Shown one piece after another: positions 39,231 through 53,825 of a stretch of DNA of 64,000 bases. The DNA is taken from positions 5,721,434-5,785,433 of the forward strand of contig CM082593.2 of assembly GCA_040954595.2 (NCBI GenBank), in the 5' to 3' direction. Made by a program: the position numbers and the translations under genes. This DNA is from Balanoglossus misakiensis (taxonomy: Eukaryota; Animalia; Hemichordata). How positions within the stretch are numbered: the stretch's first letter is position 1; each line of letters begins with the position of its first letter. A model generated the notes under the pieces. It was not told the origin of the DNA. It searched no databases and was given only the letters and a program-made list of their open reading frames with translations.

Positions 39231-42200
39231 TATAATATTGAAACCGAGAAACAAGAGTTTTTTCGGGAATAAACACAGCCATAACATTAATTGTCTTGGT
39301 TGGATCGCAGAGTGTGCCGCCCGACTGTTCACTACAGAAATCGGGAAAGGCCCACATTTGGGAACCGGTTCAATCCTGATCAAAAGTCCGAAGCCATGGG
39401 AAAAACTGATCATGATATCATGACAAAAAAAAATCTCAAGGGCAACATTTACAGACTACGGGCGAAGAACACTCTGAAACCCGATGAAATATTCGCGCAA
39501 AGGCCGGAGAGAGTCTCGGCTTTTGGCGATGTGCATGTTGTCGGATATCAAGCACGTCATCAACTCCAAGCAACGGCAGCAGAATCTTACTGTCGATAAA
39601 GATGTTCCATTCTACGCACACTCGCTGGTGTGAATATATCTCTTAGAATGCGAAATGGATAATTTCAACTTGGTTTCCTCTGCAAACAGACTGCAGAGGG
39701 GGAGGGGTAAATATCTACAAAACAATTAAAATTCAAACTGGGAACGAGGTATAAGCCGACACCGAGACTTTTCAACGCGAGAATTGTAACACATGTACTT
39801 GTAAAGAAAACACCGAAACTGTATTCTCTTTCAATGAGACACGGGATGATTCACCGCCAATTGCTTCCGAACTCTGGGAAAATGTTCAAATCGCATGAAA
39901 ATACCCGTAAAATGCCTGTAATACCTTTGAAGCAACCGTTTCATATGCAACAAGTGCAGGAAGACTTGAACAGCGCAGCGGGCGGCCGACTCTAAAGTCG
40001 TGTCACCTCGAACATCATGTGGAGCAAACAATCAAAAAAGTTGAACAACCAAACGTAATGTAAAACGCGAACTGAAAGTTGCAAAATCACATCTTTTCAC
40101 TTACCATGCGTATTGTGTCTCTCACCTGTCGAACTCTGACAAAATAAGTCTTTAACTTTTATAGAATGTATATATAAGCATCGTGGTATGTAAATGTTGT
40201 TTTATAGATGCTTTAATTAGAATCCAAGATGGCGGGCATTTTGACGAATCAAAATTTAGCTGATTCATTGGAATTTCCGCGAAAGAGATTTTCCAACTGC
40301 AACCAAACACTTCTCAAAATAGCGTAATCTGTTGACTTTTTGCTCACTTTAAATGTTTTCTTCAAATTTGACCATTATTATTCAACAGAACTGTGGAGAA
40401 ATGTTTGAGAGGTTTTTGTTTGACTGAATTCCGTCGGCCGAATGCAGTTCAAGTTTTTAATGCATTTACACCAAGGGATTGCTTAACACCGCCAGTCACA
40501 TAAATATCTACTCGATCAAGCTACTGCAGAACGCCGATTTGATTGTCTACCCTATGACAGACTCTTAATAAAAATTCTACTGAATTTTAAAGTCCTACAT
40601 TCAATGTTCTTGTACATTACGATTGTATTGTAGACCATCTTTAGGATTTCTGCACATACTCTTGGGCACATGCACTTTGACCCTCTCTACATTTTGGTCA
40701 TCTCCGTCTCTCTATTTCTCCGATATCTACTTCTCTGCTACCTCTTTCTTTCTATCTCCCTCTGTCAGTCTCCCTCGCGACTTTTCTACGGTCACAATTT
40801 TAGAGTTGTTCAACATTTGGCATGACACAGCTTTCAACATGAAATTGGGTTTTTCTCGCCATAGCAATCTCAATGCGTTAAACATGCTCACAATTTATTT
40901 TTGGCTGTTTGCAATAGCAGTCCTTTCACAATCTAGCCCTTGTCTGTCATTCTTCCATATTATGTCTGTTTAATTGCCTGTCTGTCCCTGCCTTCTCACT
41001 GTGTCTCTTTCCAAAACCCATCTATCAATAACAATGTGTGTTTTGCTAAAATCATTTCATATAATTCTGTGAAAAGTTTCAATAAACTTTTCTTCAGTTC
41101 GTTCTCTAATCATGTGACAACGATGTACAGAAGTCAGAAAGTGTTATCTGCCGGAAAATTGGCGCCGAAATCACGTGTGTATGCGATAATAAAAAGCCAG
41201 GCATGTGACTTGTGAACGAATCTAGCTATCTCATGGGAGGGCTCACATTACAGTGCGCGATGATTGATTTCGCAGCAAGATAAACACTACATTTCAGATT
41301 TAAATTAAAATGTATTTTAAAAAGATATTGAACTTTTGCTACTCCACAGAATTGTTATAAAGTAACAGTTATCTGGGCGATACGGCTGTATTGCCAGTGA
41401 TATGGCAGAGTTCGTAGAACCCGCCCCGCAGGAAGTCCTTCAGTCCCTGGGAAATGTGTAGGCCTATAACCGTCACATTGGAAGTTCCCAATCCCTCAAA
41501 ATAGAACGCGCTGCCTGCACAAACAGCTTTCCAGGGATAAACAGTTTGGGATAATATCTCATAAAAACTGATTATGCTGGTTGGGTGAGATACTCTCAAG
41601 ATGTGGAATGTCAGAAAATGAGCTTAATACTTAATACACCGAGTGGGAGTTTAAAAGTCCAGTCATGTGACTTGTGGGTACAGGAGGGTGGGTGGGTCAG
41701 ATGATTTTGACGCAAAAATATGTTTGCGCTTATTTTGTCTCTAATTCCCCAAACTAGAGGGGGGGGATATTTAATAGGATTTATCCACACTAAGAATAAA
41801 TGTAGAATAAATGCGGTTCGTGTGATTTATATCCAATGGTTAATTTCTAAACTGGTCTTTCTCGGCCACGCCTTGATCGGCGACAGATGTTTCTTGACTA
41901 AATGTTCAAAACACATCATCGCATTAAATGGCATTTCCATGGCAACCGACTCACGTAATTCCACCTTGTGACTCATCAATTCAGTAATGTCGTCACCCGC
42001 AATAGTAATTCAACAATAATAGTGTAAACACAGCTCTATTTTATTTTTTTGCTGGTGGACTGAAAAGGCATTTGCTGGCGTTAAAATGCGTCGTGAACGA
42101 ATAAGGAATATGGATGGGCGTATTTATTAATCGCCAATGTAACTTCGGGGGTTACTCATTACTGCATGTCTCCAAAATTACGTATCTCCAATCTCCGGAG

Positions 42201-43312
42201 AATTGTGAGCTTAATTCTATGAATTCTGGATGATGCCACGTGACCGCCGGCGTCGATGGGAGTGGGCTGGGCAGAATACTATCACAGAAAATGGACAAGT
42301 CAACTAGTAAAAAGTTCTAAGTTTCAGATCACACGGTGTTGAAATTTCGTGCGCGATACGGCACTGAAAACTCGGAGCGGTCGCAAAACCACCACAAGGG
42401 CCTGGACAAATGAAGTCTCCGCATTGCGCACGACGTGCGCCGCCAAGCTTTGGTCGTCCGATTTTGGAATCGACACGCGTTCGTCAACAATGCAGCAACG
42501 TGGTTCAAGAAATGGTCATTCCGATCGATTCTCTGAGCTTTGCGCATTCAATTGTGATTTGGGGCACAAAACCAGCAACGCACGTGCTTCGGCAGTCTTT
42601 ATTCCCACAATATCAAATTGAGTAAAAGTTGCATAACAAATTGCGTTAAAACAAAAAAATGGCGTGCGAATATTAAAAAATTGCGTGCGGGCTGAACATA
42701 CATGTATATACATCATACGAAGCAAATAACCCACGCGCCAAATCTATCATCCAAGTCTGAAATCCACAAAGAGCGCCATATTGCTGTGTATTTATTTTCA
42801 ACTGGGTAAAATCCCTGAAACGTGTTATCCCCATTGTACTGTAACAGCGATGACGGTACTCTCTCAATGGAAACAAATCCTTACACGCGAAAAAGCTTCC
42901 CAGTGAAAATTCCCCAGGTATTTTGCAGAAAAATATTGTATAGCGTATGTAAAGACCAGACAAAAAAAAGCCCGTACAAAATATTACACACTGCGTTTAA
43001 AATCATTTATGCAAACACTCGACTGATTTCTGCGCAGATATTTGAGTAAACACCGCGCATACACAAAGAAATGTCAGCTACCGAGCTCGGGTCGCTGTTC
43101 GAGTTTGCGGCTGAAAAGCATTCCACGGCAGGTCTGATAGGCTGTGTTATTTTCAATAGGTGTCCTGACAAAGTTTGTTCAAGGTAACCGCTCGCGCTCC
43201 CCATCGTCATGGAAACGCAGTGGACGCGACTGTCTAAGCGCCCGAGTCGACGCAGAGGCCAACACAATGAAGCGAAGTAAGCCGTGTGTGTATACATCGG
43301 CCAAAAGCTTAC

Positions 43313-43680
43313 CTGTCGGTGCAAATCGACGGAGGAACTCGGGATATCACCAGCGATCGAGTCCAGCAAGTTTGGCCAAGTGTTTTCCTTAGCGCACGGC
43401 CACATCTGCAGCCCAGTGTCTGACAGCATTCACAAAGCAATTCGTAGAATATGATCTCAGATTCCGGGAAATACCTCGGACCTCGTTCGAAATCGACCAA
43501 TCAGAACGCTGAAATGGCCGTCTATCAAAAATGAAGGGTTGTGATAGGCTCATGCTGAGGCCACGCCCACGCTATCATCCAATCACTAACTCGGCAAGGC
43601 ATTTTGATAAAACGCGGGGTTGTGGCATAAAATTGACAAGAATTTGATTGTGGGGATTCCCGTGTTGCTATATAAAGCAA
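43313..43680 (-). promoter_or_regulatory. Candidate STAT/NF-kB-inducible promoter with a short first exon
   Basis: GAS sites TTCGTAGAA (43441-43449) and TTCCGGGAA (43462-43470); CCAAT at 43497 and 43579; GCCACGCCC at 43560; kB site GGGGATTCCC (43652-43661); TATATAAA at 43669; donor CAG|GTAAGC at 43313/43312. Confidence 0.6.
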
Positions 43681-45334
43681 CAATCAAAAGTATGTCGAGT
43701 CACAAGATGATTCTCACGTAGTCTTTATATGCCGTGGTTACCATGGCGAACCGTATTTCCACGTAACAATTCTAGAATTTATAAATATGTCGAATTCTCC
43801 ATTTTATAGCGATACTGTTATATTTTGATTAACGTACAGGTTAATCCTTTCAACAAGTCATCTTATCGATCGCGCAACAAAGCGCTGTAAAACACCTCTG
43901 CAAACAATTTAATCCAGCCAGCTGTCATATATATCGACATAATACGTCCACTGTTGTGGCCCTTTGGCTTATTCTACGAATGTCCTGAGTTGAAACGCCC
44001 TTGCCTGCAGGACGAAAGCTGTGTCAGACAAGCGCTCTTTGATGTTGGTTGTAAACAATATCAGCACAATCTCGGTATCAAATGGGGGTTCATAATCGAA
44101 CCTGAAGACAACAATAAAATAAAGTACTCGCGATCTCTGACATTTACTAGTGAAACACCGCTATATAAATATCATGACGGACTGTTTTATTACGGTGACG
44201 ATGCATTTGTCAGACTGTACTGACCCCTGACCCCATATAACTGTCTCTCTCTGTGCAGGTCATGTGACAAAATAACATCCGACTGCGCAGCATACACAAT
44301 GAATATTCTGCGGAATAAGGGTGTGTGTGTAAGCTCAGCTGCGCTACCGTGAATACAAGGGGTCGGGTTTTACCGCAATTTTATTTTGCTAGACTCATCA
44401 TGCTTGTCGTTTCTAGGGGGTCCATTTGTGCGTCGTGCAGGAGAGCATGTCTCCAAGTATGTTTTCACTTTGCAGGTGAATACGATTTCAGAGATCTAGA
44501 AAAGCTGCGGACGCATACGATATAGGAACGGGCGTTTTCATTTTTATGCTAGTATAGGCCTAGTGTATACTAGTAACTGAAGTGAGCGCAGACACATGAC
44601 GCAATGCGTTCACCTTTCAGTGACCTCAACAATGAATACAATTCCTGGAACAGTTGCTGATTACATCATCGATCTAGCAACAAAGGAGCTTCGTGAAATC
44701 ACTCGCATCGATCAACGTGTTCCAGTTAGTCCAAAATCGACGTGCGGCGAGAAGACCAGGGCGACCCGTTCAATGAAAATGTCTAAGTTCTCAGAATCGA
44801 ATAAATTTGCAATACTGCGTGCGTGCGACAGGTCCAGAATCCGCCGCCTTGCGCATGCATGCTTTCGTTTCACCGAAAATGCGGCGAAGTTCAGTTGCAT
44901 TTTTGCTATCAGTTCGCAGTAAAGTGCACCAGTCGTCTCCATCGGCTGTTTAGTTACGACATTGCCGCCGGATGGGCTGGTGCAAGAGGCAGTCGCGTGG
45001 CAATGGCAGAAAACGGTGAGCGCAAACCTAACGATGCACTTAGAGTCGTGTATGCTTTTCATTGTCAACCCTATGCAGACATTGTCCAATTCACTGGGAG
45101 GACCGACCACGACCCCCCCCCCCCTCCGGAAATGTTTGTGGAGGGACAGGGACCAACGTGGGCTAATGCACGAGATGATTTTTGCCCCCCCCCCCCCAAA
45201 CCTACGCATGAGTGTGTCATGCATGTGTTGCACTGGAGAGAAATGTGTTTGTTTGCATTTAATAGCTTTGTTTCCTCAACACCGTCATGCATAATATGTG
45301 CAGTTTCACCAAATAGCCCTAGCTTTGTTAAATT

Positions 45335-45368
45335 GTTGGTTGGTTGGTTGGTTGGTTGATTGATTGGT
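45335..45368. repeat. (TTGG)n microsatellite
   Basis: Tandem TTGG units with degenerate TTGA copies at the end. Confidence 0.9.
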
Positions 45369-46637
45369 GGGCTAGAGACTCGCGGTTGGGGGGGGGGGGG
45401 TAAGAGCGAGATGCATAGGGATGCAAAGACAATCATCTGAGCCGTAATTTTCTTACATTTTATCGAATATTTGGGGGGAAACTCAAACGACCAGTTTCAA
45501 CCAAAAAGACTGACTTCATAAACTTCTGCTACCTCTCTACGGATTTATTCCTTGAACAGTTATCTTTCGACTCTGTCACTTTTTCAGTTTAGTGGAAAAC
45601 AAGAATTAACATATCTTATCTTTGAGCGATCTGCTATAAAAGCAAGTTTCTGGGCTTGTAGAACTTGGAAAGAGGATTCTCTGAACTGCGTGTCTACACC
45701 GCGATCAATATTTCGTTTTAACTTCCCCTACTGCGCATGACCGCACGCAGAAATGGGCCAACAGGTACTTTGAACTCCGTACGCTCTTCTGTAGTTCTGT
45801 TTTCGGAAGTTGTATCGATTTCAGAAGAACGTTTTCTTTCACGGGAATTATATCAAGACTAAATGGCGTGGAAAGAGAACACATTGCGAAAAACAATCAT
45901 CGAAACCTAACGTCTTGGCGACCAGAATTACTACAGAGGCGTGGCGCGGCTGTCTGCCATAGTTATACACGCAAAGGTTCATGGGACAGAAATTGCACGT
46001 TTAAATTCTCCCCATAACATACATATGGGCCATCTGTTGCACGTCGAGTGGGTTATAATTAATTTCGCCGTATTTCATAGCAAAATATTTTGCGACGTGT
46101 GTTTTATTGTCTCGGCTAAAATGCTCACCGATCACTGGTTTCATTGTTAGTGAAATGCATTTCTTTTTCACTCGTGTTATTGCATAAATTTCTGTTTGGG
46201 AGTTATATATGACGACTTCATCGTCCATAACCTAAATTTAACAGTACAATGCTTCTTATTTATATACTAGTATCTCATATTTGATTACAAATGATCTGAG
46301 CATGATTTTTATTGACCAATATGAGCTTAAGTTCATGAATAATATTCCTCATTTTTTATCGAGTTCAAAACTTTACAAGCCAACTCTCCAGAGAAATGCG
46401 AAAGAGAGTCGTTGAAATTGTCGCTGTGGTTACAGAAGACTATCTTGTGAAAGTTCTGACAAAAAATGAAACTGTCGATCTTAAAATGATAGAAATGCCG
46501 AGACGCGTAAGTGGCCTAAACTAATTGAATTCGGAAAGCTGACAAGTGTTTACTGGGGATCATTTTCGGTATCGAGGTGGCGAAAGGGGTTGCGTTTCTT
46601 GTCCACGGTTTGAGTGGTTTGCTAACTGATAGGTTTC

Positions 46638-46657
46638 GAAAACGAAAAGGAAAGAAA
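46638..46657 (+). promoter_or_regulatory. ISRE/IRF-E-like element
   Basis: GAAAACGAAAAGGAAAGAAA: three GAAA cores at 6-bp periodicity. Confidence 0.45.
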
Positions 46658-49600
46658 TCTGCATGCATGTGATCTACCGAATGCATATTATTTCATCTTA
46701 AATGCTCAGATCAACGATAACTTCCACGAAGTTGTAGAAGTGACGCACGATCGAATGCAAACACACGGCGTGGTCGTCTTCTGCGTTGCGTTTTATTTTT
46801 AGTTTTCCGAGTATCGAAGATATGAGAATTCTGTTCTCGCAGACTTAAGGGTTCTATGGTCATAGCATCTATATACCTGAATTGCAGCGATTTTTGGGAA
46901 TCGTTATTCTGCTACTCGCTGTTACCATAGCCACCGTTTCGCCGAATTTGGGACATAACCAAGTGATATACCGCAGCTACAATGCATTCAGATCCACCAG
47001 CGCTTGTCAACCAGTATGGCCGTCCGCCCCCAAACTCAGAACCCACGCTACAAATTCGTGATAAAAAAACGTGTTACAACAAGTCCGAACAATTCTTGCC
47101 GCGATCGTACCGTGCACCAACGCGGATCCCACCTTTGGATTAATGAATTAATTGAAACGAGTGTAATATATCTATACCTGACCTCAAACTATATGAGAAC
47201 AACATGATGGCATTTAAGTTCGGGACTACCATCGTGGTCGAGGCATCTTTAATAAAGAAAGAGCAACTATGGATTTCATGTTACCAAGTGGGTCCGCCAT
47301 CTTGAAAATGTGCAAAGATTTCAGGCAGTCCGAGTCGCAGTGGACAATTTTGAGGATTTTCTTGCTTTTGTGGATTTCTCTCCAATACCATCATGAAACC
47401 ACGGTAGATACTGACCTATGAACTTAAAAATTATTTAAACGAAAACTTTCCTGGTCGGGACATTCCCTGCATTATGTTAAATAATTCAAATCGAAAATTA
47501 AACGTTGTGATTATAATATTTAACCCCATCAACTTTGCCCGTAATTTCTTAGAATTCTGTCAGTGTGTAGAATCATAGGTATTTTCTCATCATACAAATT
47601 TTATCTGTGTTCAGACGACATGTAGTCTTGTATCTGTAACACTTGCAGTCTGGTTCAATCTCATTTTGATATTGGTACATGACTTCGCCATAGGTAAGCT
47701 CTCATCCCAATGGTTGATTTGTCATCTACTTGCACTGGCTGTCCCGCCAAATATTCTTCTCTCGATATCGGCATTGAACTTACTAGTCGCCAGAAATTCT
47801 CAATACAAGTCTGCCCTATTGGAATTATCAGTACGTCGCGAAAATGTAAAAAAAACTACCTCTTAAATTAATTTTAAGTAATCCTTAATTTTAAAATAAT
47901 TTTCTCAAACCATTTTTTGTGAACAGTCTACTTTCGACCAACATTTTTCTATGCGACTCCCTGTTTCTGCTTTTGACTGTTTTCAACTAAGCAATAGCAA
48001 TTTCAAAGCTGTTTACGAATTTGTTGACCGAATAGGCCATCTGTGCTAATCACTTTGCAGAACAATTTCCTTGGTGACCGTTAACTATTTCTTGTCAGTA
48101 CTTGGAAAAATAAGGACGTATACTTTGTCTATATTTTCCCATTTTAAAACTATCAGTGACAGTTTCATCAGCGGAATTAGAAATGGTCGCGTCAAATTTT
48201 TCTCAGACATTTTGGCGTAGTTTTATCTGGGACATTGGCTTCAGTCTTGTCATAGCAACGACGTGACCACAACTTTCTGACAAATCCCTAACCCTAAAGT
48301 CGATCACCATGTGCCTAAAATCAAACGAGAGTCGACGCTCGTAGCTGGTTCGGTGGCACTCTGGGGCAGATGTAGAACATGTGACATATTTCGTTAATTT
48401 TGACATCATTTCTGTAGTTTCTGAGTTCACACAAAATGCAATCGTGCGCTGGCAGTGCTACAAAGTTTTATGATTACAGAATGTAGTCAAACAAGATTCC
48501 CTCATCATGTCATATCTCTCTGTGGCATCAATATCATGTTATTAATCAGATTTGTTACCACAGGCGAGTTTGTAGTTAAATTCAGTGATGATTCTTCAAA
48601 GATTAGATAGTATTTAAGAAGAGTTGGTGCATATTTTTAGCGAAGCCTTGACACTTGACAGCAGTCAATATGGCCTTTGTAATAATGACCAACGCCCTAT
48701 TAGTCTGACTCTGCGTTATGGTCTTTTTAGACTAGCTAGGGAAAATAAATTTCCTCCATTTGAGTTTCATAACACATATTTGGTTTATAAAACGTGCTGG
48801 TTTAACAGTCCTCATTTAAAATTATATTCTCCATATAGTTTGTCGACTTGTAATCGTGGTGTTAATGAAAAGCACGTTTGTTTATAAGTTTGTTTAAGGC
48901 GACAAAAAACACCTCGTACATTGCAGCATAGACCCTAGAGTCTCTGATTGCAGGCTCGTTTTCTCTGAAACAACAGACAGGGGAAAGTGGCGATACACTC
49001 GATTAAACTCGATTAAATCTTGCAATTCCCGGGGTTAATCTGGTGTTAGCCGCACACCCAAGTCACCGAGCCTGGAGCTCGAGAAATTCAAGAGATTTTG
49101 TACCACACAAAAATCAGTTGAACTGTGATTGACTTATGTGCTCCTGTCTATACTTTTTAAAATCGATTTTAAAATAAGAAAATCTCATCCGCACAAAAGT
49201 TAATTAAAAATCCTCTGCGATGATACACTCAGTGGAGCAAGACAGTAATATATTGTATCTTAAACTAGGGGTTTTCTTTGAATTAAACAGCACATTTTTC
49301 AGTGAGTATGGCCACAGCAGTGCAGCACACAACAACATCAATTTCAAGCGTCGTCTCTCTGTAGTTGAAGCAAATGACTTGACTAAATTTGTCGTTATGT
49401 TGTTTTTCTAAGACAGGAAATTACAATTTTGGTATATGGATAAAAATCGTTCAGTTCTTCCCAGACATGGTTTGCTTGTTTTCAACGCCGTCTATTGTTG
49501 TTTTGATCGTCGACAACAGACGTCGACTGAGCGTTCAAGGACAGGGACCCGATAAACAACTTCTATGATTCACCTAAGTTCCACGTAATTTGCCAGCAAG

Positions 49601-52600
49601 GGGCTTTGGTGTTCGCACCGGCTGTTCCAAGTAAACAAGGCATTTGGCACCCTGGTATACATGCTGTACCTCTATAATTGCTGAAGGATGCTTACTGAGT
49701 ACCAGAATCTCTCAGCAGAGATTTGCAAAGTGGCAAACCCTTGATGATGTCGACTCAGTAAAAGCTGGCCCAACTTAAAGTTTAAAGTGGAATTACCTGT
49801 AAAGCACAGAGGTATTGCATGCTAAAAAAGTATCTTAACAGCCCCGTTTGCAATATTTGCAGGAAACTATATATTATAATAATAGTGCAATACTGAAAAC
49901 TCCAAGACACAAAATACCTGTCGTTTGTTGTTGACTTGAGAGACTTGGCATTTTTGTCGTGCCATTATTGTTGACTTCAAAAATAGTTTTAGTCGTGGGG
50001 TGGTATGACTGCATTAATTGTCATTTACAACTTCTGAGCCACCTTCCAAGCAGTTGTATCGGTACTATATTTTCGAAGATATAAAATATCAGTCCACTGT
50101 TGTGTAGACGCATAGTTCGCGCTAAAAGGGAGGCTTCTCGCGATCTCGTGTACTGGCTCAAATTTTGTGTCTGTGTGTCTGCGTGTGACCTATAAAATAA
50201 GTTTGACAATCTAAAATTATCATGCAATGCCATGAAAATGTTATATAAATACATGAACTTATTACAATGTTGAATGGATTCGTCCAGGAATGCATAGTCT
50301 GCTCGGTTACAAACCGGCGTGGTGCGGGAAGAAGCCTGCAGCATTCTGCGTTGATTTGTGCCTGACTTAGGTACGTCAAATCATTCTGCCAAAAATCAGG
50401 AAAATTTTAGAAGCTCAGCTCTCCAATATGGCGTCATTTACGACCTCAAACCCTTAACAATACATTAAGGGCACAGGTACGACATATCTGCCGCGAAAAC
50501 GCCAAGGCCCCTTGATTCAAGATGGACGTATCGCCGTCAACCGAGTGCGATCTCGTCTCGTCCATACGCTGTTTTTGGCTCATATACATTTTGTAATTCA
50601 CAAATATCAAAAACTTTCCCCCTGTGGGGCATGCAAACGTCCGTATGTGTTGAAACAGACACGAGAATCTATTTATTTGTCGGTTTCCTAATTATATACA
50701 ATTATTTGAACTGTGAGAGGCTGAGAGACAATTTGTAGTGTGGAAGTTGGCGGCAGTAAACGGTGGGCCTGCTTGCATCGCCATATTGGTTCATTCACAT
50801 TTCGATGAACCGCGCTGTTGGCACGAAGTGCGAGTCAGATTTGAACGTTTGAACTTTCCAATGAATATGGGATGACAAAAACACGGAAATAATTTGCGAA
50901 TAAAGCTGATTTATTCGCGTGTCGTGTTTCAAGACAAGTTCTACCGAACCGGGAGAGATTGAATCAGAAACTCGTATGCATGTCGGTAGGGTCGTTAGGC
51001 CTCATTGAATGAGGGACGACCCGCATTCACGTTGGAAGGGACGTGTTCGTGGCACTGGCCCTCGGAGTGGCATAGTCTATAGTCTGTTTGCCGTGTCGTG
51101 TGTGTTTGCTAGTCGATCAATATAAAAAAAAATGATCACGCACGAAGCCGTCGGTCATCAGAGGTTGGAAAATCTCATCAATATTGAATCACAGAACGCA
51201 GCATCCAATGAAATGTCTGGAAACGACATTACGTATAAATACTAGTACAATGTACTACTAGTAGTGTGGGAGATTTATAATATGATTTTACAGCCTAAGG
51301 CCAGCCGCAACGAAAATACAATTTCCCGTCAATGCTGAATATAATTCAGATCATTTCATTTTTTTCTGATTTTGTATAACCCACGGTGTAGACCCTGTCA
51401 AAAGTAACTGGGTCCGACCTTTCGAAGCTATACCCCAGATTGCTCAGACACGTAATTGACATGTAAACAAACATGTAAAGGGGAAACATAGGTCTAGCAA
51501 TTCCTCAAACCTAAGTCCCTGAAATATACTAAATATGCGAAATAAAATGCCAGAATTGGACAACACAATAGGACGATCAAATAGAGACTTTCCCCTGCTC
51601 TTTATAACAAGAGAACACCGATATTCCTACCTTTCCCGCCAACATCTTTGATCGTCTGGTAGAAACATATTTTGAAGTGAGAAAACCTGTCAGCTTGATG
51701 TCGTCCCTAGAAAATCGTCTATGAAAATTTAACTGAAAATCTGTCTTTTTTCTCCCTGCGCAATGTTTCTTCGAAATCCTGGAACCTTCTGAGAATAATT
51801 ATTATGTTAGGAATTACTATTCAAAATGGCTGCTTCCATCAAGTTGACATGATAAACTGGCAGGCGTCGCCCAGACAATAATTTGCCTGCAGGTAAAGTT
51901 GTCCCAACCTACCTGCTTCCTCGCTGGACACTGAAGTTCTCTCTTTGTCTTTTGAACTTTTCTCGGTCGACAGTTTGCTCGCCATTTTTTTTTCTGATAG
52001 CGATGTCAGCCGATAGTTTTTATCAGAATATATGCAGGGGCGCGAGTTGAGCTAGCTGGCGTGCGCGTGCAGAGTGCGAGGGTCCTCGTCTAGGATTACG
52101 AAGTGAACCGGGTGTAGGCCGTAACCCCTGTGCCAATCACAGTCACGACACCGCAAAGAAAACTTGAAAAAACATGCAAAACGCTGAGGGGGTCAAAGGC
52201 TGTAACCATGGTAATCTTAGTCAACAACATCATTTTTGTTTGCCTGAAGTATGCATCATTTTATCAATTAACAGGATTCTGGGATTATAGACACATATGT
52301 TATGTGAGTTCAAGGTGAAGGACAACGTATGCGCTAACTTAATTGAGAAGTAAATATGCTCGGGCGGAAATCATGCATGCGGTATGTCGCGTTGACCTGA
52401 CGATTCTCCCAGGGGCGCAGGTCACAGTTTGAATCGAGGAAACTGTTTAACTTGAATTTATGATATGATTGAAAATCAACGGAAATTGGGAATTAACCTT
52501 ATTTCGTAGATGTGCTTATTAGTGTTTTATTTTATAGTGACAACTTGTTGCGTAAACGTGTCAAGGTCGGCTGAGCGTGACCCGGCCACCTAGGTGACCG

Positions 52601-53494
52601 TTAAAACTCGTCCTCGTTTTATGCAGCCGACATGTTTGTAACTTCAATTTCCGGAAGTTGGAGAAAACTTCCTATTTTTCTCTTCCGCGAAAGCATTGTT
52701 GTTGTTGTCGAGTCGATACTAATTCCACAAATCTCCACTTAAAACATTTCATCAAAAATGTCTCTGATAATTTTTCGAATTTTAATACAGAAGTTAAATT
52801 TCTGACTCAAGACAGCGGCGGTGGTTGTCTTGCGCATATGTTCAAAATTTAAAAAATTATAAAATTTATCGCGCCTCTTATTACGTGTTTCATGATTTTC
52901 CTGTGGGTTGTTTCTTAAAACTTAAATGCCTTCCTATCATACCCAGGGTAAATGGGTTCCGAAAGTCCAAACAACTTTACACTGTCCAATGACAGAGCGT
53001 TCACACACAAACAGGTGTTCTGTCTCTGCAAGGAATCGTACAGGATGTCAACGTTTAACCCGAGACAAGATTTTTTTTATAAATAATTAAAGAGACCATT
53101 CTCTCGCAACACGTGTCACAATCAGAATTTTTCAGGACTATTGTGGTATGACGCAAAATTGAACCGAATAAGCTCCACACGCTTTTAGAATTATAATACA
53201 CATGAATGAGAGAAACAAAATACCGTTGTCTCCAAAATAATCAGAGAGAAGTTTTAACCTGCTATGAGGCCGGGATGGCACGTGACACGTAATCATTTGA
53301 CGGAATGGTCCTGTCAGAAAATTGTACACGAGAGCTCCGGAAATGACGTACACTGTACGCCATATTGTCCCACTTGACGCCATGTTGAAGGACAGAAAAT
53401 CAAAGCAATACATGTGGTATGACCCGAAATGACACAACACATAGGACGGCATCACAAGACATCATACCACGCTGCACGAAAGCACATCCTAATA

Positions 53495-53632
53495 CAATGT
53501 AGAACACAGTACAGAACAGTACAATACAGTATAGTACAGTACAAAACATGTACTGTATTGTTTTACATACAGCACAGAACTGAGACCAATACAACTCAAC
53601 ACAGCACCATGAGCACAGCACAGTACAGCACA
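53495..53632. repeat. Degenerate pentanucleotide (ACAGT/ACAGC)n simple repeat
   Basis: Runs such as ACAGTACAGAACAGTACAATACAGTATAGTACAGTAC and ACAGCACAGTACAGCAC. Confidence 0.8.
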
Positions 53633-53825
53633 ACGCGCCAATTTTCGTCAAAATACACACTGCAACACATGATATCACATAACATGATGTGGCTGTCACG
53701 TCATCTCATATTTATCAATATTCCAAAACATCATGATGATTTAGACATTTGATTCAGGCGTTTTGCCGAACTCATGACACACTGTCTTTTTTTTAACCAC
53801 CGCAACTTGGGACACTGTCGCCCGT

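Noticed and set aside
49155-49174. Perfect 20-bp palindrome TTTTAAAATCGATTTTAAAA
   Set aside because: Low complexity, and I could not find flanking TIRs or a TSD to give it meaning.
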